Below, piece by piece: positions 29,643 through 40,400 of a stretch of DNA of 64,000 nt (position 1 is its first letter; each line of letters opens with the position of its first letter). The notes beneath the pieces were generated by a model, which saw only the letters and a list, made by a program, of their open reading frames with translations, did no database searches and was not told the origin of the DNA. The stretch is from an uncultured Candidatus Binatia bacterium (lineage in GTDB: Bacteria; Desulfobacterota; Binatia; UBA9968; JAJDTQ01). The position numbers and the translations under genes were made by a program. Location of the stretch: contig OZ219754.1 in assembly GCA_964291295.2 (NCBI GenBank), positions 1,216,001 through 1,280,000 on the forward strand. Reading direction: 5' to 3'.

Positions 29643-32600
29643 TCATGCCTTGGCCTCGTCCAGGCTCGCCGACAGTATCTCGGACGCCGGGATGACAACT
29701 CCGCCCTTGGCTTTGGCCAGCAGGCGGCCGAAGGGGTCGCGGACCTTGATCAGGCGGGGCCGGACCGTGGCGCAGTCGAAGACCACGTAGAGCCAGTAGC
29801 GGTCCCGCAGGTTGCAGGCCGCTGCCCATTCGTTCTCCTTCACTTCAACGGAACCGGAGCCGGCGCGGCCCTTGACCTCGATGGCGCGTTCCTCCGCCGG
29901 CCCGCGCGCCCCGCCGGGGCGAAGCGAGCGAAGGTCGAAGCCCGGCCAGTCGCCGAGCCCTTCCCGGCGCGCCAATTCGGGCCGCGACACGTCCCGGACC
30001 GTGGCACCGGCGGCTTCCTCGTGGGCGCGGGCGAGGTCCATGGCGACCGCTTCGACCTCCGCGTCATGCCGCTGGCGCTCTTCCGGATCGTCCGTCGGCA
30101 CCACCAGGGCGTGGACGATCATCGCGATTTCGCCAGGCTCGATCCCGGACGGCTCCGCTTCGAGCAGTGCCAGAACGCGCTTCTTCTCCGCGACGAGCCG
30201 GCTCTGTTCTTCCCTCACCATGGCGAGCTGTGCTTGCGCGCCGGCATCGCCCCGGTGCGCGTCGTCGCTCAAACGCCGCCGCCGCACCATCAGTTCGGCG
30301 ACCTTGTGGTTGTGGCCGCGCGTGGTCCACCGGCGCCGTTCCGGCAGCGACGCTTCGGTGCGCACGCGATGTTCCGCGGCCATGCGCCGTGCGGTCTTCC
30401 ACACCCACTCCTCCGCCTGCTTCGTCAACCGGTGCGCCGCACGGGCCAACGGCACGCCGCCCGGTGCGATGTCGCGAGCTCCGCGCAGCAACAGCAGGTG
30501 TTCCGGCGGGCACGGCGCAATGGCGCCGTCGCTCTCCTGCCGCAGTCCGATGGGGCGGGTCTCGACGGTCTCCATCCGTTCCCCTTCGCGCCGCACCACC
30601 GACACCTGCGCCAGGTGAAACAGGTAGGGTGCCTCCGCGTCGGGATCGACAAAGACGGCCCCTCGCCTCGCGTCGCCGCCCCGCCGGGTCAGGAAGGCGG
30701 TGCGGAAGCGGTCGAACACCGGCTCGCCGGGATGCATCCAGATGGCGTTGTCGCCGCTTTTCGGGCGGTGGACCGTCAGGCGCCCCCGCATCGTTTCGGG
30801 GTAGACGTCCATGGCGCCGCGTATGGCGTCGGCGGCGCGCGGCAGGTCGGGCGCCAGGTCGAAGACGCCGCCCGGATCGCCCTCCAGCCGAAGGTCGATG
30901 AGGGGTGCCGCGGTCTCGACGAAACGACGGACATAGCCGGGCAGCAGCCGGCGATACGCCTCCCGTTCCAGGGTCGCGTTGATCTCGGGGAGACGGTCGC
31001 GCACCGCGACGCTGCCGTACAGGGTACGCTCCCGCTTCTCGATGGCGCCCACCCGCTCCGGCGTCAGGTGCTGGCCCAGTGTCTCGGCAGCCTCCCGGGC
31101 GCCGTCGTCCGTCGCCGCCATCTCCAGATAGCTCTTGAGCGGCATGTTCTCGAACAGGCGCCCGACCACGTCGAAGACCTTTTCCGAACCGAGTTGCCTG
31201 CGGATCGTCTCAAGCTTGTCGAGAAGCACCCCGAGGACTCGCCCTTCGCGCGTCTCTCCGGCGATCAGGTTGACGATCACCACGGGGTCGCGCGTTTGCC
31301 CATAGCGGTGGATGCGTCCCATCCGCTGTTCGAGGCGCGCGGGATTCCAGGGCACGTCGTAGTTTGCCATCCGCCAGCAGAACTGGAGATTGATGCCCTC
31401 CCCGGCGGCGTCGGTGGCAATCAGGCAGCGCGCGCCGCCGCGGTCGGCCGGGCGCCGGAAAAACTCCACCTGAGCTTCCCGTTCCCGGTAGTCGAGCCCG
31501 CCGTGGATCAGAGCGACCTGGCCCGTGAAGCCGAGCCCCTCCAGGCGGTGCACCAGAAATGTGGCGGTGTCGCGATGCTCGGTGAAAACGATGATTTTCT
31601 CCCGGGACAAGGCCGGATCGGCCATGACCGCGCGCAGTTTTTCGAACTTGGAGTCCTCGCCGGCCTCGGCGAGTTGGCGCGCCCGGACGAGAAGGTTCTC
31701 GACCGTGGCGCGTTCCTCCCGAAGTTCCGCCAGAGTGGTCATGGCGAGACCGCCGAGCGCGGTCTCCTCGAATGCCTCGTGACGCTCCGGCGCATCCGCG
31801 TCGCCCATCTCCTCGTCGGCGGTGTGCGATTCGAAGAAATCGGGTGTACCGGCGATGCGTGCCTGGCGCCGTTCCATCTCGTCGGTGCGGCCTGCGCGCA
31901 CCAGTTCGATGGCCTCGTCCAGGCGGTCGAGGCGGCGTTCGAAGGAGCGCATCAGCGCATGGGTGGAGCTGGCGAGGCGACGCTGGAACACGCTCATGGC
32001 GAGACGCGCGGCCGAACGGTTCAGAATGGATGCCTTGTTGTAGGTCTCGGCGATGTAGTGCGTCGTCGCGTCGTAGAGTTCCCGTTCGGCCGGGCTCAGG
32101 GCGTAGCTCAGGGTATCGCAGCGCCGTTGCGGGTAGAGCGGCCGGCCGTCGAAGCGGACCATCTCCTCCTTGGTCCGGCGGATGAAGTGGCGGTGTCGGT
32201 GTGCTTCGGAAAAGTCCTTGAACGCGTCGAAGTTCGCCAGCGCGTCCGGGGCAAGAAGGCGCCACAGGCAATAGTAGGGGAAGTCCTTGCCCATGTGCGG
32301 CGTCGCGGTCAGCAGCAGAAGGTTCTGTGCCGACCAGCCGAGGCGCCACCGTTCATCGCTCACCGGCAGGCCGGCCAGGGCCTCGGCGAGGCGGTAGCGG
32401 TCGGTCTTGCGGACATGGAAGTCCTGCTCCCGGTCGGCGGCCAGCTTGTGGGCTTCGTCGAACACCACGAGGTGGTAGGGGTCTGCGGCGCCCGAGGCCA
32501 CCGCCTCGCGCATCCGCGCGACCATGCGCGCACCGGCGAGGGTGTCGATGCTGACGATGAGGCGGTCGCTCCCCGGCCCGACGAACGGATTGCCGGTGCG

Positions 32601-32975
32601 GGCGTCGGCGCCGTGAACGATCCGGAACGGAAGCCGGAACAGCGTGCGCATCTCGCGTTCCCAGTTGCCCACCAGGCCGGCCGGGGGCACCACCAGGACG
32701 CGCGTGACCAGACGGCGAGCGAGCGTTTCGCGAAGATAGAGGCCGGTCATGATGGTCTTGCCGGCGCCGGCATCGTCGGCGAGAAGGAACCGCAGCGGCG
32801 CTTGGCCGAGCATGTGCTCGTAGACGGCGATGCGCTGGTGCGGCAAGGGGTCGATGGAGGAGATCTCGATCGCGAAGGCGGGATTGAAGAGGTGGCCGCA
32901 GGCGAGGCGGGTGGCTTCGGCCACCGCCACCACCGCCTCCGGTTTCGCCGCAAAGTCGAGCATCGGCACCCGCAT
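29643..32975 (-). CDS. SNF2-family helicase with C-terminal DUF3883 nuclease-like domain
   Basis: PLPHQ, LLADDAGAGKT, FDEAHK, LLLTATPH, ATDAAGEGINLQ, WNP.RLEQRMGRIHRYGQ; C-terminal GFDL.S..IEVKGR..NEW..YWLYVV. Confidence 0.93.
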   Translation of the reverse strand: MRVPMLDFAAKPEAVVAVAEATRLACGHLFNPAFAIEISSIDPLPHQRIAVYEHMLGQAPLRFLLADDAGAGKTIMTGLYLRETLARRLVTRVLVVPPAGLVGNWEREMRTLFRLPFRIVHGADARTGNPFVGPGSDRLIVSIDTLAGARMVARMREAVASGAADPYHLVVFDEAHKLAADREQDFHVRKTDRYRLAEALAGLPVSDERWRLGWSAQNLLLLTATPHMGKDFPYYCLWRLLAPDALANFDAFKDFSEAHRHRHFIRRTKEEMVRFDGRPLYPQRRCDTLSYALSPAERELYDATTHYIAETYNKASILNRSAARLAMSVFQRRLASSTHALMRSFERRLDRLDEAIELVRAGRTDEMERRQARIAGTPDFFESHTADEEMGDADAPERHEAFEETALGGLAMTTLAELREERATVENLLVRARQLAEAGEDSKFEKLRAVMADPALSREKIIVFTEHRDTATFLVHRLEGLGFTGQVALIHGGLDYREREAQVEFFRRPADRGGARCLIATDAAGEGINLQFCWRMANYDVPWNPARLEQRMGRIHRYGQTRDPVVIVNLIAGETREGRVLGVLLDKLETIRRQLGSEKVFDVVGRLFENMPLKSYLEMAATDDGAREAAETLGQHLTPERVGAIEKRERTLYGSVAVRDRLPEINATLEREAYRRLLPGYVRRFVETAAPLIDLRLEGDPGGVFDLAPDLPRAADAIRGAMDVYPETMRGRLTVHRPKSGDNAIWMHPGEPVFDRFRTAFLTRRGGDARRGAVFVDPDAEAPYLFHLAQVSVVRREGERMETVETRPIGLRQESDGAIAPCPPEHLLLLRGARDIAPGGVPLARAAHRLTKQAEEWVWKTARRMAAEHRVRTEASLPERRRWTTRGHNHKVAELMVRRRRLSDDAHRGDAGAQAQLAMVREEQSRLVAEKKRVLALLEAEPSGIEPGEIAMIVHALVVPTDDPEERQRHDAEVEAVAMDLARAHEEAAGATVRDVSRPELARREGLGDWPGFDLRSLRPGGARGPAEERAIEVKGRAGSGSVEVKENEWAAACNLRDRYWLYVVFDCATVRPRLIKVRDPFGRLLAKAKGGVVIPASEILSASLDEAKA

Positions 32976-32989
32976 ACCCGCCTTGCCGC

Positions 32990-33904
32990 TTACTGATATT
33001 GCGCGGCGCGGCACTGCCTGAGGAACTCCCCGGCCTTGATGGGTGGATACCGGGGCGGGCGGTGGTCGCTGCGGCAGGCGTCCATGCAGCGGACGGTTGC
33101 CCGACTGTCGGGGTTGTAGAAGAACACGTTGGAGTAGCGGGACTGCTTCACATCCGCCGGCGGCAATGCCACGCGGTGCTCCGGCGAGCGGTAGATGCCG
33201 TTGGTCCAGCGTGACAGCAGGTCCGCCACGTTCACCGTCACCGTGCCCTGGGTCGCCGGCACGGTCAGCCACCGTCCGTTCACCCGCGCTTCCAGTCCCT
33301 CCACCGACTCCTGGAAGACAAGCGTCACCGTGCCGTAGTCGGAGTGGCTCCCGGCGCGCAGCTGACCGGCGCCGGGCCTGTCCTCCACCGGAGGGTAGTG
33401 GAAGAAGCGCGCGGTGCTGGCATGGGGATCGTGCTTGTCCGCGAAGAAGTCCAGCGGCGCGTCCAGGGAGAGGGCCATGGCCTGCAGCAGCATGGCGCAG
33501 GCCCGGGCGCCGGCCGCGTGGAGTTCCAGGACCGTCTCCCGGAAACCGGGCACGGGAATGTGCCAGCGGTCCAGCAGCTTCAGGCTGGCCTGGTTCAGGC
33601 TGAAGGATTCCTTGAGGTCTCCGGGCCGTTGCGTGTCGAGGTGCTCCACGGCCACGCCGGCGTAGCCCGAGATCATGTCCAGGTCGGAGCGGCCGATGGC
33701 CTCCTTGACCTGGCGGGGCAGCGCAAAGAAGTCCTTGGCTCTGGCCGACATCCGTTGGACCAGCCCCTCCGGCAACGGCAGATTGGCGATGTTGAGAAAG
33801 CCGAACTCGCTGCAGGCGGCGCGAATTTCTCCCGCCACGCGGCGGCGCGACGCGGCGGTGCCGTTCACGAACGGCCCGAAGTCGATCTGGGGAATGCCCG
33901 GCAC
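32990..33904 (-). CDS. 2-oxoglutarate/Fe(II) oxygenase (isopenicillin N synthase family)
   Basis: IPQIDF, DLKESF, HYPP, HSDYG (HxD), H-R-V, RYS. Confidence 0.93.
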   Translation of the reverse strand: MPGIPQIDFGPFVNGTAASRRRVAGEIRAACSEFGFLNIANLPLPEGLVQRMSARAKDFFALPRQVKEAIGRSDLDMISGYAGVAVEHLDTQRPGDLKESFSLNQASLKLLDRWHIPVPGFRETVLELHAAGARACAMLLQAMALSLDAPLDFFADKHDPHASTARFFHYPPVEDRPGAGQLRAGSHSDYGTVTLVFQESVEGLEARVNGRWLTVPATQGTVTVNVADLLSRWTNGIYRSPEHRVALPPADVKQSRYSNVFFYNPDSRATVRCMDACRSDHRPPRYPPIKAGEFLRQCRAAQYQ

Positions 33905-34085
33905 GGTCAGCTTCCGGTGGCGGCCACGGGCCGTCGCGTCAGCCCCTGCCGCCGCTCAAGGAACCCCGTGCTCCACGAGACGGTTTCGTTGCCCGGGTGC
34001 GATTCGGTGCCGCGGCACGACCGGTCGCGGGAACCGGTGCCGCCTGGCCGCCGGCGGCGACCCCGGCTCTTCCGGGCGGCGGTGG

Positions 34086-34691
34086 TCACGCGCTGGCGGT
34101 GTCCTTCAACCGGGCCGCGTCCGCCTCGGTGACAAGCTGTTCCAGCCGCTCGTAAGGCTCCGCGCCGACCATGGCCAGACCTTCCGCCAGATACGTCGGG
34201 ACCGCCGACACGCCCAGGGAGTGGCAGCGCTGCCAGTCGTCGTTGACCGCCTGCTGGAAGGTGCGCCCGGACAGCACCTGCCGCGCCTCGTCCGCCGGCA
34301 ATCCGGCCTCCTCGGCGATGCCCAGCAGGACGTCCGGCTTTGCGATATTCGCCGCCTGGACGAAATAGGCCCGGAACACCGCGTCGTTGAAGGCGTCTTC
34401 CCGGCCCTTGCTTTTCGCCCATTTGGCCAGTTCCTGGGCCGAGCGGCTGTTGTAGCTGAACTTGCGTTCGGTGAACGGCAGGCCCTCCCGGGCCAGCATG
34501 GCATCGACCCGGCTCGGTCCGCTCATGTTGCGCGGCTTGCCGCCGGGCGGTGTCTCGGGATGCAGGGGGAACTGGGTATAGACGATGCGCAGGTCATGGT
34601 TCTGCCGCAGTTTCTCAATACGCCCGGTACTGAGATAGCACCACGGTCAGACGAAGTCGGAGAAAATCTCCAGGGTCACGGGGTCGGCCAT
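34086..34691 (-). CDS. DsbA/FrnE-like thiol-disulfide oxidoreductase, selenoprotein (Sec at TGA 34647-34649)
   Basis: AAAGGAGG RBS, ATG 34691, MADPVTLEIFSDFV-TGA-PWCY..FPLHP..GV.AVPT..GAEPY in one frame; hairpin directly downstream of the TGA. Confidence 0.9.
34613..34635 (-). promoter_or_regulatory. Bacterial SECIS element
   Basis: TCTCAGTAC-CGGGC-GTATTGAGA: 9-bp stem with one G-U pair and a G-rich loop starting ~20 nt 3' of the UGA. Confidence 0.75.
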
Positions 34692-35127
34692 CGGAACCTC
34701 CTTTCCGGCCCTCCCTATCCGGCACCGGGACAGTCTCACGCCGGAGAGCCGCGCCGGAGAGCCGCAACAGGTGCCATGCTATCAGATTTGCCTTGAAAAT
34801 TCCCGCATGAGTGTTGTCCAATGCGACGTGAGCCTGACGGCGGGAAGCGATTCCAACACAAGGTGAGCCTGAACCGTGGATGCAGGGATGATCAGGAGAT
34901 GATGGTGACACTCGGCCTTGGCCGGCGGCTTTCGGTGCCATGGGGCCACGGGGGAGGTGCGGTCGGGTGTCCGGGCCGACCGGTGTCGGAGGAGAGGTCC
35001 CGGCCGTGCGCGGAGCAGGCCCGCACCGGGACGGGGAAAGGCCCCGGGAAGTGCGCGGGGCGCCGGTTCGCGTAGCCGCCGGAGGGCGGCGGTGCCCCGG
35101 CCGCGTGCGTCGCGTGAGCGGGTTGAA

Positions 35128-36588
35128 ATGAGCGAGATACATTTCGTCGACACCACCGTGAGGGACGGGCATCTGAGCCTCTGGGCCCTGCGCATGCGCA
35201 TCGGCCACATGCTCGGCGCCGCCCGGCAGATGGACTGCTGCGGCTTCGAGTCCATGGAGTTCTTCGGCTTTGCCAGCATCATCAAACAGGTGCGGGAGTT
35301 GAAGGAGAACCCCTGGGACTGGGTGCGGCTGGGAGTGAAGCGGTTTTCCAGAACCCGGCTGCGCTATCACGGCGGGATCGGCTCCGGGTTCGAGCCGATC
35401 CCGCCGTGCATTCGCCATCTTCTGCTGGAACGGGTCATCGCCCACGGCATCACCCTCACGCGCTCGTCCAACCCCTGGAACGACTACGACGTGCTCCGCA
35501 AGGAGGTCGAACTGCTGGGGAGCATGGGCATGGCGGTGGTGGGCAACATCATCTACACGGTCTCGCCCCGGCATACCCGCGAATACTACGAGCGGAAGGC
35601 CCGAGAGTTGGCGGCGCTGCGTCCTTGGCGCATCTGCTTCAAGGACGTGGGCGGGCTGCTGACGCCGGAACGAACCCGGGAGCTGCTCCCGCTGGTCATG
35701 GCCAACGCCGGTGGCATCCCGCTGGAGTTCCACGCCCACTGCAACAACGGCCTTGCCCCGCTGAATTATGTCGAGGCCCTCAAGCTGGGGATCAGGACGC
35801 TTCATACCTCCATTCCGCCGCTGGCCAATGGCTCGGCGCAACCCTCCATTTACAACGTGGCGGCCAACGCCGAGGCATTGGGTCTGACGCCGATGGTGGA
35901 CCTGGAGGCGGTGAAGCCGGTGGAAGAGCATTTCACCCGGGTGGCGCAGCGGGAGCACTTTCCCATAGGCGCGCCCAGGGAGTACGACCACGCGCAGTAC
36001 CTGCACCAGGTGCCCGGCGGCATGATCTCCAATCTGCACCACCAGCTCGAGGCCGTGGGCATGGGCGACCGGTTGGAGGAGACTCTGGAGGAGGCGGGCC
36101 GGGTTCGCGAGGAGTACGGCTATCCCATCATGGTTACGCCGCTGGCCCAGTTCGTGGGCACCCAGGCGGCCGTCAACGTCATGGTGGGGGAGCGCTACAG
36201 GGAGGTCACCGACCAGAGCATTCAGTACGCCCTCGGGTATTGGGGCGCGGAGGGCGCCCGGCTCATGGACGAGAATGTCAGGGACAGGATACTGAGCCGG
36301 CCGCGGGCTCGGGCGTGGAGAGACTGGACCCCGCCCGAGCCCGCGCTGGACGAGGTGCGGCGGAAGTTCGGTGGTCCGGGGGTCTCGGACGAGGAGCTGG
36401 TAATTCGGGTCATCGCCGGCCCGGACTCGGTCAGGGAGATGCTGGCGGCCGGTGCTCCCCGGGAGTTTCTCGATGCGACCCGGCCGGTGTCGGTGCTGTT
36501 GAAGCGGCTCGTGGGCCTCCGTGAACTCCGGCAGGTCCATGTCCGGCGGGATGGCCTGTCGTTGCGGCTGGAGCGTCGGGATGGCTGA
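35128..36588 (+). CDS. Pyruvate/oxaloacetate carboxyltransferase-like protein (pyruvate carboxylase subunit B-like, no biotin domain)
   Basis: DTTVRDGH.SLWA, FKDVGGLL.P, H.H.NNG, HQVPGGMISNL, GYPIMVTP..QFVG.QA. Confidence 0.87.
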   Translation: MSEIHFVDTTVRDGHLSLWALRMRIGHMLGAARQMDCCGFESMEFFGFASIIKQVRELKENPWDWVRLGVKRFSRTRLRYHGGIGSGFEPIPPCIRHLLLERVIAHGITLTRSSNPWNDYDVLRKEVELLGSMGMAVVGNIIYTVSPRHTREYYERKARELAALRPWRICFKDVGGLLTPERTRELLPLVMANAGGIPLEFHAHCNNGLAPLNYVEALKLGIRTLHTSIPPLANGSAQPSIYNVAANAEALGLTPMVDLEAVKPVEEHFTRVAQREHFPIGAPREYDHAQYLHQVPGGMISNLHHQLEAVGMGDRLEETLEEAGRVREEYGYPIMVTPLAQFVGTQAAVNVMVGERYREVTDQSIQYALGYWGAEGARLMDENVRDRILSRPRARAWRDWTPPEPALDEVRRKFGGPGVSDEELVIRVIAGPDSVREMLAAGAPREFLDATRPVSVLLKRLVGLRELRQVHVRRDGLSLRLERRDG

Positions 36589-36823
36589 GGACGTCCGAAC
36601 CGACCCCGGACCGAATCGGCTCTGAACCCGCTTCGAACCGGCCGTGGTCCCGGGAGCATCGCCGCCCCGGTGCGTGGTGTGGCCGGTGGCGGGGCCGTGA
36701 GCGTGGAAGCGCCAGCCCGGGGCACCTGCGCGGTGCCGTGCGGTGAAATTCTCCCCGCCGGGGCAGGCCGCCCACGGCGGGGAGGAAAGGGGTTCCGGCG
36801 CCGCTGTTCACGGCGCGGGCCGT

Positions 36824-37321
36824 CTACGTCGAGACGATCTTCCAGTTCCCGTCAGGCTGGCGGCAGGCGGTGCCGTAGGCCTGTTCGGTGCGGCCGCCCA
36901 CGGTGATGGTCTGCTGGAACTCGCGGCAGTACGTTCCATCCGGGCGTTGATAGGTCTTTTTCGGCGTTACCGTGCCCTGGTTTCCGGAATCGGGATTCTT
37001 CCAGGTGCGGGTGGTGCCGACCTGGCCCGTCTCCAGCGTCCGCTGCGTGGTCCGCTGCATGGCCAGCCGGTCGGCGCGGTCGAGGGACCTGCCGATCTCG
37101 TTGCCGATCAGCGCGCCCAGCAGCGTGCCGACGCCCGTGGCCACCAGCTTGCCGCGGCCCTTGCCCACCTGAGAGCCGGCGATGCCGCCCGCGGCCGCGC
37201 CGAGCAGCGTTCCGGCGGCGGTCTTCGGGCCGACGTTGGCGGTGCAGCCGGCGAGAGCAAGAGCCAGGGCCATCAGGGCCACCAGGGTCAGTTTCGGTGC
37301 ATTCGTCGGTGTGTTCTTCAT
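36824..37321 (-). CDS. 17-kDa surface antigen-type glycine-zipper lipoprotein
   Basis: Lipobox LAGC, glycine zipper, IGRSLD..D, W.NPDSG, CREFQQTI.VGG...AYGTACRQPDG.W. Confidence 0.9.
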   Translation of the reverse strand: MKNTPTNAPKLTLVALMALALALAGCTANVGPKTAAGTLLGAAAGGIAGSQVGKGRGKLVATGVGTLLGALIGNEIGRSLDRADRLAMQRTTQRTLETGQVGTTRTWKNPDSGNQGTVTPKKTYQRPDGTYCREFQQTITVGGRTEQAYGTACRQPDGNWKIVST

Positions 37322-37470
37322 TGCGTCTCCTTGTGCTGGACTCGTCTCGTGCTGGATTCAAGCGGCGGCGTCCCGCGACGCCTGCCGCCGACTTCCCCGC
37401 GTGGCCGACTGCCCTGCTTCGTGCGCGATCCCGCCCCCGACATTCATTCTTTCCCGATGCACGAGCGGAG

Positions 37471-40400
37471 TCAAGCGGTCTCCTGTCCGAATTGCCGGAA
37501 CATGTCCAGTTGGCTGTCCTTCCGGCGCCGTGCGCCGGCATGCCGAGTGCGGCTTTGTTCCAGGAGCCGTTCCTCGATGTCGGCGAGGTAGGGAGAGGGG
37601 CGCATCTCCCGGATCTTTCCGCGCCAGCGGCGCTTGCGGGCGCGGCAGAGGTAGAGCCGGGTCATGGCCCGGGTCACGCCGACATAGACAAGACGGCGCT
37701 CTTCGGCCAGTTCACGGGTCTTGCCCCAGGTGAGGGGAAGCAGGCCGTCCTCGCAGCCGGCAATGAAGACGACGGGGAATTCGAGACCCTTGGCGGCGTG
37801 GAGGGTCAACAGCGAGATGCGGTCGGCACGAGGATCCCAGGTGTCCACCTGCGTGGCCAGCGCCAGTTCGGACAGAAACCGTTCCAGGTCATCGCCGCAC
37901 GCCTCGGCCAGGGGTTTCAGCAGTTCGCAGGCTTCGCGTTGGTCCGTGCCCGTGCAGGCGGCTTCGAGTCGTTGGCGCACCGAACCTGTGCCGGCGCCGT
38001 GGCCCAAGGTGTCCACGAGTGCGGCCACGCCGGGATGGCTTGCCAGCGGGTCGTGCGAGCGCTGCTGGAAGGGCATGCCGGAACGCTGCAGGGCCTCCAC
38101 GAGGGGAGCGGCCTGGGCCTCGGTGCGGTAGAGCACGGCGAAGTCGGAGAACGACAAGTCGCGGCCATGGCCGGCTTCCGAGCGGCCGCTGTCGATGGAG
38201 AAGAAGTTGTGACCGCCCAGGGCCGCTTCCAGGGATTGGACGATGAATTCCGCCTCGGCCTTGTCGCTCGCGGCTTCGTGGAGAGTGATGCGGCCGGCAG
38301 CGTCGTCGAGCACGGGTATGGACGGGCCGGCCGAGGCGGAGGCTGCGATGACCTGGGACGAAAGGGTGACGATGTTGCGGCTGGAACGGTAGTTGCGGTT
38401 CAGCCGCGCCACGCGGGCACCGGGGAAGTGTTCGGCAAACTCCATGAAGAAGCGCCGCTCGGCGCCCCGGAAGCCGTAGATGGCCTGATCGGGGTCGCCG
38501 ATGGCGCAGATGTTGCCGCCGGGCGGGACCAACTGCCGGATCAGCCGGACCTGCTGTTCGTCCACGTCCTGGTACTCGTCGATGCAGACCCGGGGATGGC
38601 GTTGCCGCCACTGGCCGCGGATCTCCGGGTCGGCTTCCAGGGCGTCCGCGGCGCGTATGACGAGGTCGTCGAAGTCGCACCAATTGCGCGTCTCCATCTC
38701 GTGCCGGTAGACCTCCCATGCATGTGCGAGCCCTGCGTCCGCCGCCGGAGTACCGGTCCGCCTGCCGTGGGAGATGGCTGACAGCCGGGACCGGGCCTGC
38801 CGCTTGGATATCTGGAGTACCTCCCGCAGCAGCGCTGTCCGTTGGGCTTCCGCCACCACGCGGAAGCCCCGCTGCAATCCCGCGGCGTTCCAGTGCTGCC
38901 GGAGGATGCTCAGCCCCAGGGAATGAAAGGTGTGGAGCGGAATGGCCGCCCACACCTCCGGCAGGAGCGCGCGCAGACGGCGCCGCATCTCGTCCGCGGC
39001 CCGGCGGGTGAAGGTGACGGCCAGGCAGCCGGACGGTGCCGCACCGTGGTTGCTGACGAGGTGGGCGATGCGGTGGGTCAGGGTACGGGTCTTTCCGGAG
39101 CCGGGTCCGGCAACGATGAGCAGGGGACCGTCCACGGCCTCCACGGCTTGGCGTTGGTGTGCATCCAGGCCGGCAAGGGTATCCGGGGTGCCGGGCGGGC
39201 TGTCCGCCGGAAGGGACAGTTGACCCGGTGTTGCCGGGTCCGGCGACGGCGTGAGTGAGGCCTCCGCGGGCGCGGACTCGGGCGACTCCTGCGCACGCAC
39301 TCCCGGACGCGCTACCGGGACGACAACCGCCGGGCTGGCAACCGCCGGTTCGTCCCCGAAAAGCGGCGCGCCGCGGCTGCGCCGCTCAAGCTCGGCGTCC
39401 CGGAACAGCCGGATGGTGCCGTACACCCCGTCGTAGCCGGCCTCCCGGATCACTTCCCGCCGGCGCAGCCGCGCCACCGCCTCGGCCAGCAGCGCCGGCG
39501 CGCCGGTGCCGATCTCCTCCAGCGGCAGGCTGTCGAGCAGCGGCAGTTCCGGCCCGAGGCGCGCCAGCAGACCTTCGTAGTCCCGTGCCACCCGCTTGCT
39601 CCCGGCACCGACGCGGTGGAGTTCTCCAAGGATCTCCGGCAGCGGAATGAGGCCCCGGGTGTCGCCCGCGGTGTCGGGCGGAGCCGCGTCGGCCCCGCGG
39701 TCGGCCAGATCCTCGACCCGGTGCATGACTCCCACGGTCAGAGGCTTGCCGCAGGCCGGGCAGCGGCCGCCGCGCCGGCGGGTCTCGTCGGGCTCCAGGC
39801 GCACGTCGCAGTTGCGGTGGCCGTCCAGGTGGTACTTGCCCTCTTCCGGGAAGAACTCCAGGGTTCCTCCGTAACCCTCGCCCGTCTCCAGCGCCCGGCG
39901 CATGGCGAAATAGTCCCTCGCCGTATCGAAGACGCAGACCTCCCGGCCCAGCTTCTCCGGCGAATGGGCGTCGGAGCTGGACATCAGTCGGAAGCGGTCC
40001 AGGGACGAGACGCGCCAGTTCATCGGCGGGTCCGAAGAAAGCCCGGTCTCCACGGCGAAGATGTGCGGCGCCAGGTCTCCGTAGCAGTCGTCGACGGCGT
40101 CGAAGCCGGACTTCGAACCGAGGGCGGCGAACCACGGCGTCCACACGTGGGCCGGCACCAGATACGACCCCGGTCCGGAGTCCAGCGTCATTTCCAGCAG
40201 ATGGCGCGAGTCGAGCCCCAGGATCGGCCGCCCGTCCGAGTGCAGATTGCCGATCCTGGCAAGGGCGGTCACCAGCCGCTCCGCGGACGCGAAGTCCGGA
40301 GCGTAGACCAGGTGGTGAATCTTCCGGGTCTTGTCGCCCTTCTTGTAGATCGTCGAAATCTCCACCGACAGCATGAACCGGGTTGCGGTGAGGCCGCTGG

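Noticed and set aside
29610-32996. 1128-aa plus-strand ORF
   Set aside because: Antisense to the SNF2 helicase
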